Below the pieces are notes generated by a model, which had not been told where the DNA came from, ran no database searches, and worked only from the letters and a program-made list of their open reading frames with translations. The position numbers and the translations under genes are program-made. Of a stretch of DNA of 64,000 nt, positions 62,304 through 64,000 are shown piece after piece (the first letter of the stretch is position 1; every line of letters begins with the position of its first letter). The stretch is from the human T2T-CHM13v2.0 reference genome, Homo sapiens. Location of the stretch: NCBI RefSeq assembly GCF_009914755.1, contig NC_060925.1, one strand, 5' to 3'.

Positions 62304-63008
62304 AAGTATATTTTCACTTTCAACATAGAATTCTAGGTTTACTACTTTTTCTCTTTCAGCACTTAAAAAATGTTGTTTAACACTGAAAAATACATAGCAC
62401 TATATTTTGGTGTCGAAAAGAAGTATGCCGCCATTCTTATCTTTGTTCCTATATACATAGAATCCTTTTCATGTCAGTGCTTTGAAGATTTTTTTAATCT
62501 CTGGTTTTAAGCAATTTGATTATTATACACCTTGGTGTGATTGTGTGTGTGAGTATGTGTGTGTGTGTGCTCGTGCGCTGGGGTTCTTTGATCTTCTTGA
62601 ATTTAAACATTTAGAGTTGTCATCAAATTTGGAAAATGTTGACCATTATTCTTCACGTTTTTTGTCCCTCCCCCCACCTTTTATTTTCCAGTACTACAAT
62701 TACACATTTATTAGCCTACTTAATAATATTCCACAATTTATTAACACTCTGGTTTTTGTTCCTCAGAGAATTTTTCTCTCTGTGCTTCAACTTAGATTCT
62801 ATTGCTATGTCTTCAAGTTCGTTTCAAGTTGACATCTTTTTTGTCTAATATTTAATCTGTTATTAATCATGTTCACTGAAATTAACATTTTAGATATTGG
62901 GATTTTTTTTCTAACTTTTAGAAATTTCATTTGGGTCTATTTTATATCTTCTCTTTCTCTCCTTAACTCCATGTTTGTCTTTTAATACCTGTACATAGAT
63001 ATAATTGC

Positions 63009-63307
<299 letters not shown>

Positions 63308-64000
63308 TAATAGCTATTTTAATGTCCTTCTCTAATAGCTCATAATTGTCTCTGTTATTTCTGGGTCTGTTTCTACTAATGGATTAGTGTTCATTTGTTT
63401 GATTTTTTTTTCTACCAGCTGAAAGTCACATTTTCTTCTGTCTTGTTATGTCTTGTAAATATTTTACTAGATTCTAGACATTTTGACTATTATGTCAATG
63501 AGGTTCTGGAGTTTTCTGTTTTCCTTGAAAGAGTGTTGTGCTTTATTTTGACGAGTAGTTAAATTATTTGTGGATCAGTTTGATTCCTTAGAGACCTGTT
63601 TGTAAGATTTTCTGGTGCAGTTCCAGAACAGGCTTTATTACTGAGGTTGTTCAGCCTATGACTATGGTATGATTTCTCTGGGGTTTTCACTGAATGTCCC
63701 ATATGATCACCAAGGCTTGCAATTTGACTGGTGGAAGCTTGAATGTTCCTCTGCCTTCTGTGACCTCTGGGAATTGTTCTGATTACAACTCCTGGTCATT
63801 CTTTGCCTGGCTTTGTGTCACCTCGCTCTATACAAATGTGACTTTTTACTCAGCAAAGACTTAAGGGGGACCCTATGCAGATTTCTGGGGATCTTTCTTT
63901 ACCTAGATCCATTCTTTCTATAGCTCTGCCTTAGAAACTTTGAATATCTCAATTTCCTCATCTCTTATATGGTCCTCAAGTGGGGTCTCCAGGCTCCTTT

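Overview
Primate (very probably human) genomic DNA, intronic or intergenic and dominated by decayed transposable elements. It holds about 17 Alus (J, S and Y types, plus monomers), nested L1s, a 3'-truncated Tigger1, solo LTRs (MSTA, MLT1, MLT2, MER66-, LTR16- and LTR41-like), hAT MITEs, many MIR/L2 relics and microsatellites. I found no intact protein-coding gene, RNA gene or CRISPR array. The only ORF-track entries with real homology are dead L1 ORF1/ORF2 and Tigger1 transposase fragments. I see no evidence for a new biological 'system'. The most notable structure is a cluster of locally templated rearrangements at 35-52 kb: a ~450-bp inverted duplication with a fold-back junction, a ~370-bp direct duplication, a ~107-bp copy inserted into an L1, a perfected hairpin and several short tandem duplications. 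There is also a candidate minus-strand promoter/first exon at ~43.3 kb (two CCAAT boxes, AP-1 site, strong splice donor). Repeat subfamily names come from my recall of consensus sequences, not from a RepeatMasker run, and boundaries of old elements are approximate.
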